A stretch of DNA of 63,186 nt, filler included, from Folioceros fuciformis (Eukaryota): NCBI GenBank assembly GCA_049999805.1. It is 13 parts of 13 records of this genome, joined end to end, with 100 filler letters (N's around TTAATTAATTAA, not from the genome) between each part and the next. Parts side by side here need not be neighbours in the genome. Positions count along the whole stretch, not along the records: positions 59,802 to 63,186 come from JBNGIO010000886.1; 12 more parts are not named here. One strand, 5' to 3'. This document shows, in pieces, positions 62,801 to 63,186 of this stretch. The position numbers and the translations under genes are program-made. The notes beneath the pieces were generated by a model. The model was not told where the DNA came from. It made no database searches and was given only the letters and a program-made list of their open reading frames with translations. Numbering within the stretch: position 1 is the first letter of the stretch; every line of letters begins with the position of its first letter.

Positions 62801-63186
62801 ACCTGAACCTGAACTTAGAAGGAGCAACCGAGTGCATACCTCTTCTCCAGCTGAGTGGAAGGAGCCACCACTTACATACAAAAGCTTTCTAGTCCAAGAG
62901 GATGCTGATCCCATGGATGCAGGAGACCCTCAGTCCTACCAAGAGGCTCTAAATTCACCAGATAAAGAAAAATGGAAGGAGGCCATAGAGTCTGAGTATA
63001 AATCTATTATGGATAACAAAACGTGGGTTCTTGAGGATCTCCCTGCAGGAAGGAAGGCTGTGACATGCAAATGGGTCTTCAAGACCAAGTTGGGAGCGGA
63101 TGGGTCCATAGCCCGATACAAAGCAAGACTTGTAGCACATGGCTACAGTCAGGTAGAAGGGCTAGATTACACAGAAACTTTCTCTC
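59898..63186 (+). mobile_element. Ty1/Copia gag-pol, uninterrupted to the window end (gag, CCHC, protease, integrase, start of RT)
   Basis: ATG 59898 (alternative 60189) is in the same frame as YKARLVAHGY at 63117. Motifs CNWCLIPGHWEAEC, WFLDSGASAHIC, LWHCRLAH, VHTDLCGPM, RSDGGGEF. The ORF track lists no terminated ORF in this frame, consistent with no stop. Confidence 0.93.

Noticed and set aside
51201-63186. Functional cluster of IFT70, PPR-DYW and Copia
   Set aside because: Three separate contigs joined by spacers; linkage is not shown.

Overview
This window is not one locus. It is 13 eukaryotic (plant) contigs joined by an artificial 100-bp spacer (N44-TTAATTAATTAA-N44), so adjacency across spacers carries no meaning. 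Most of it is LTR-retrotransposon DNA: seven Ty1/Copia copies (short LTRs, tRNA-iMet PBS; one with an uninterrupted gag-pol) plus an older RT fragment, a chromodomain Ty3/Gypsy, other Gypsy fragments and LTRs, LINE remnants and a MULE-like fragment. Host genes are: (1) an intronless PLS-PPR protein with a DYW:KP deaminase-like domain ending in GRP, the class linked to reverse U-to-C organellar RNA editing; (2) a multi-intron IFT70/TTC30 flagellar gene; (3) the 5' end of a clade-D PP2C; (4) an RLK/Pelle kinase fragment; (5) a spliced, probably secreted protein fusing a Pmp-like GGA(I/V)/FxxN beta-helix to an extensin-like Ser-Pro tail. DYW:KP, IFT70 and short introns together suggest a seed-free land plant, most plausibly a hornwort (inference). 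Best candidates for undescribed biology: extra ORFs in the Copia elements (a possibly conserved 3' antisense ORF and 5' coiled-coil ORFs), the beta-helix/extensin chimera, and the predicted target of the U-to-C editor.
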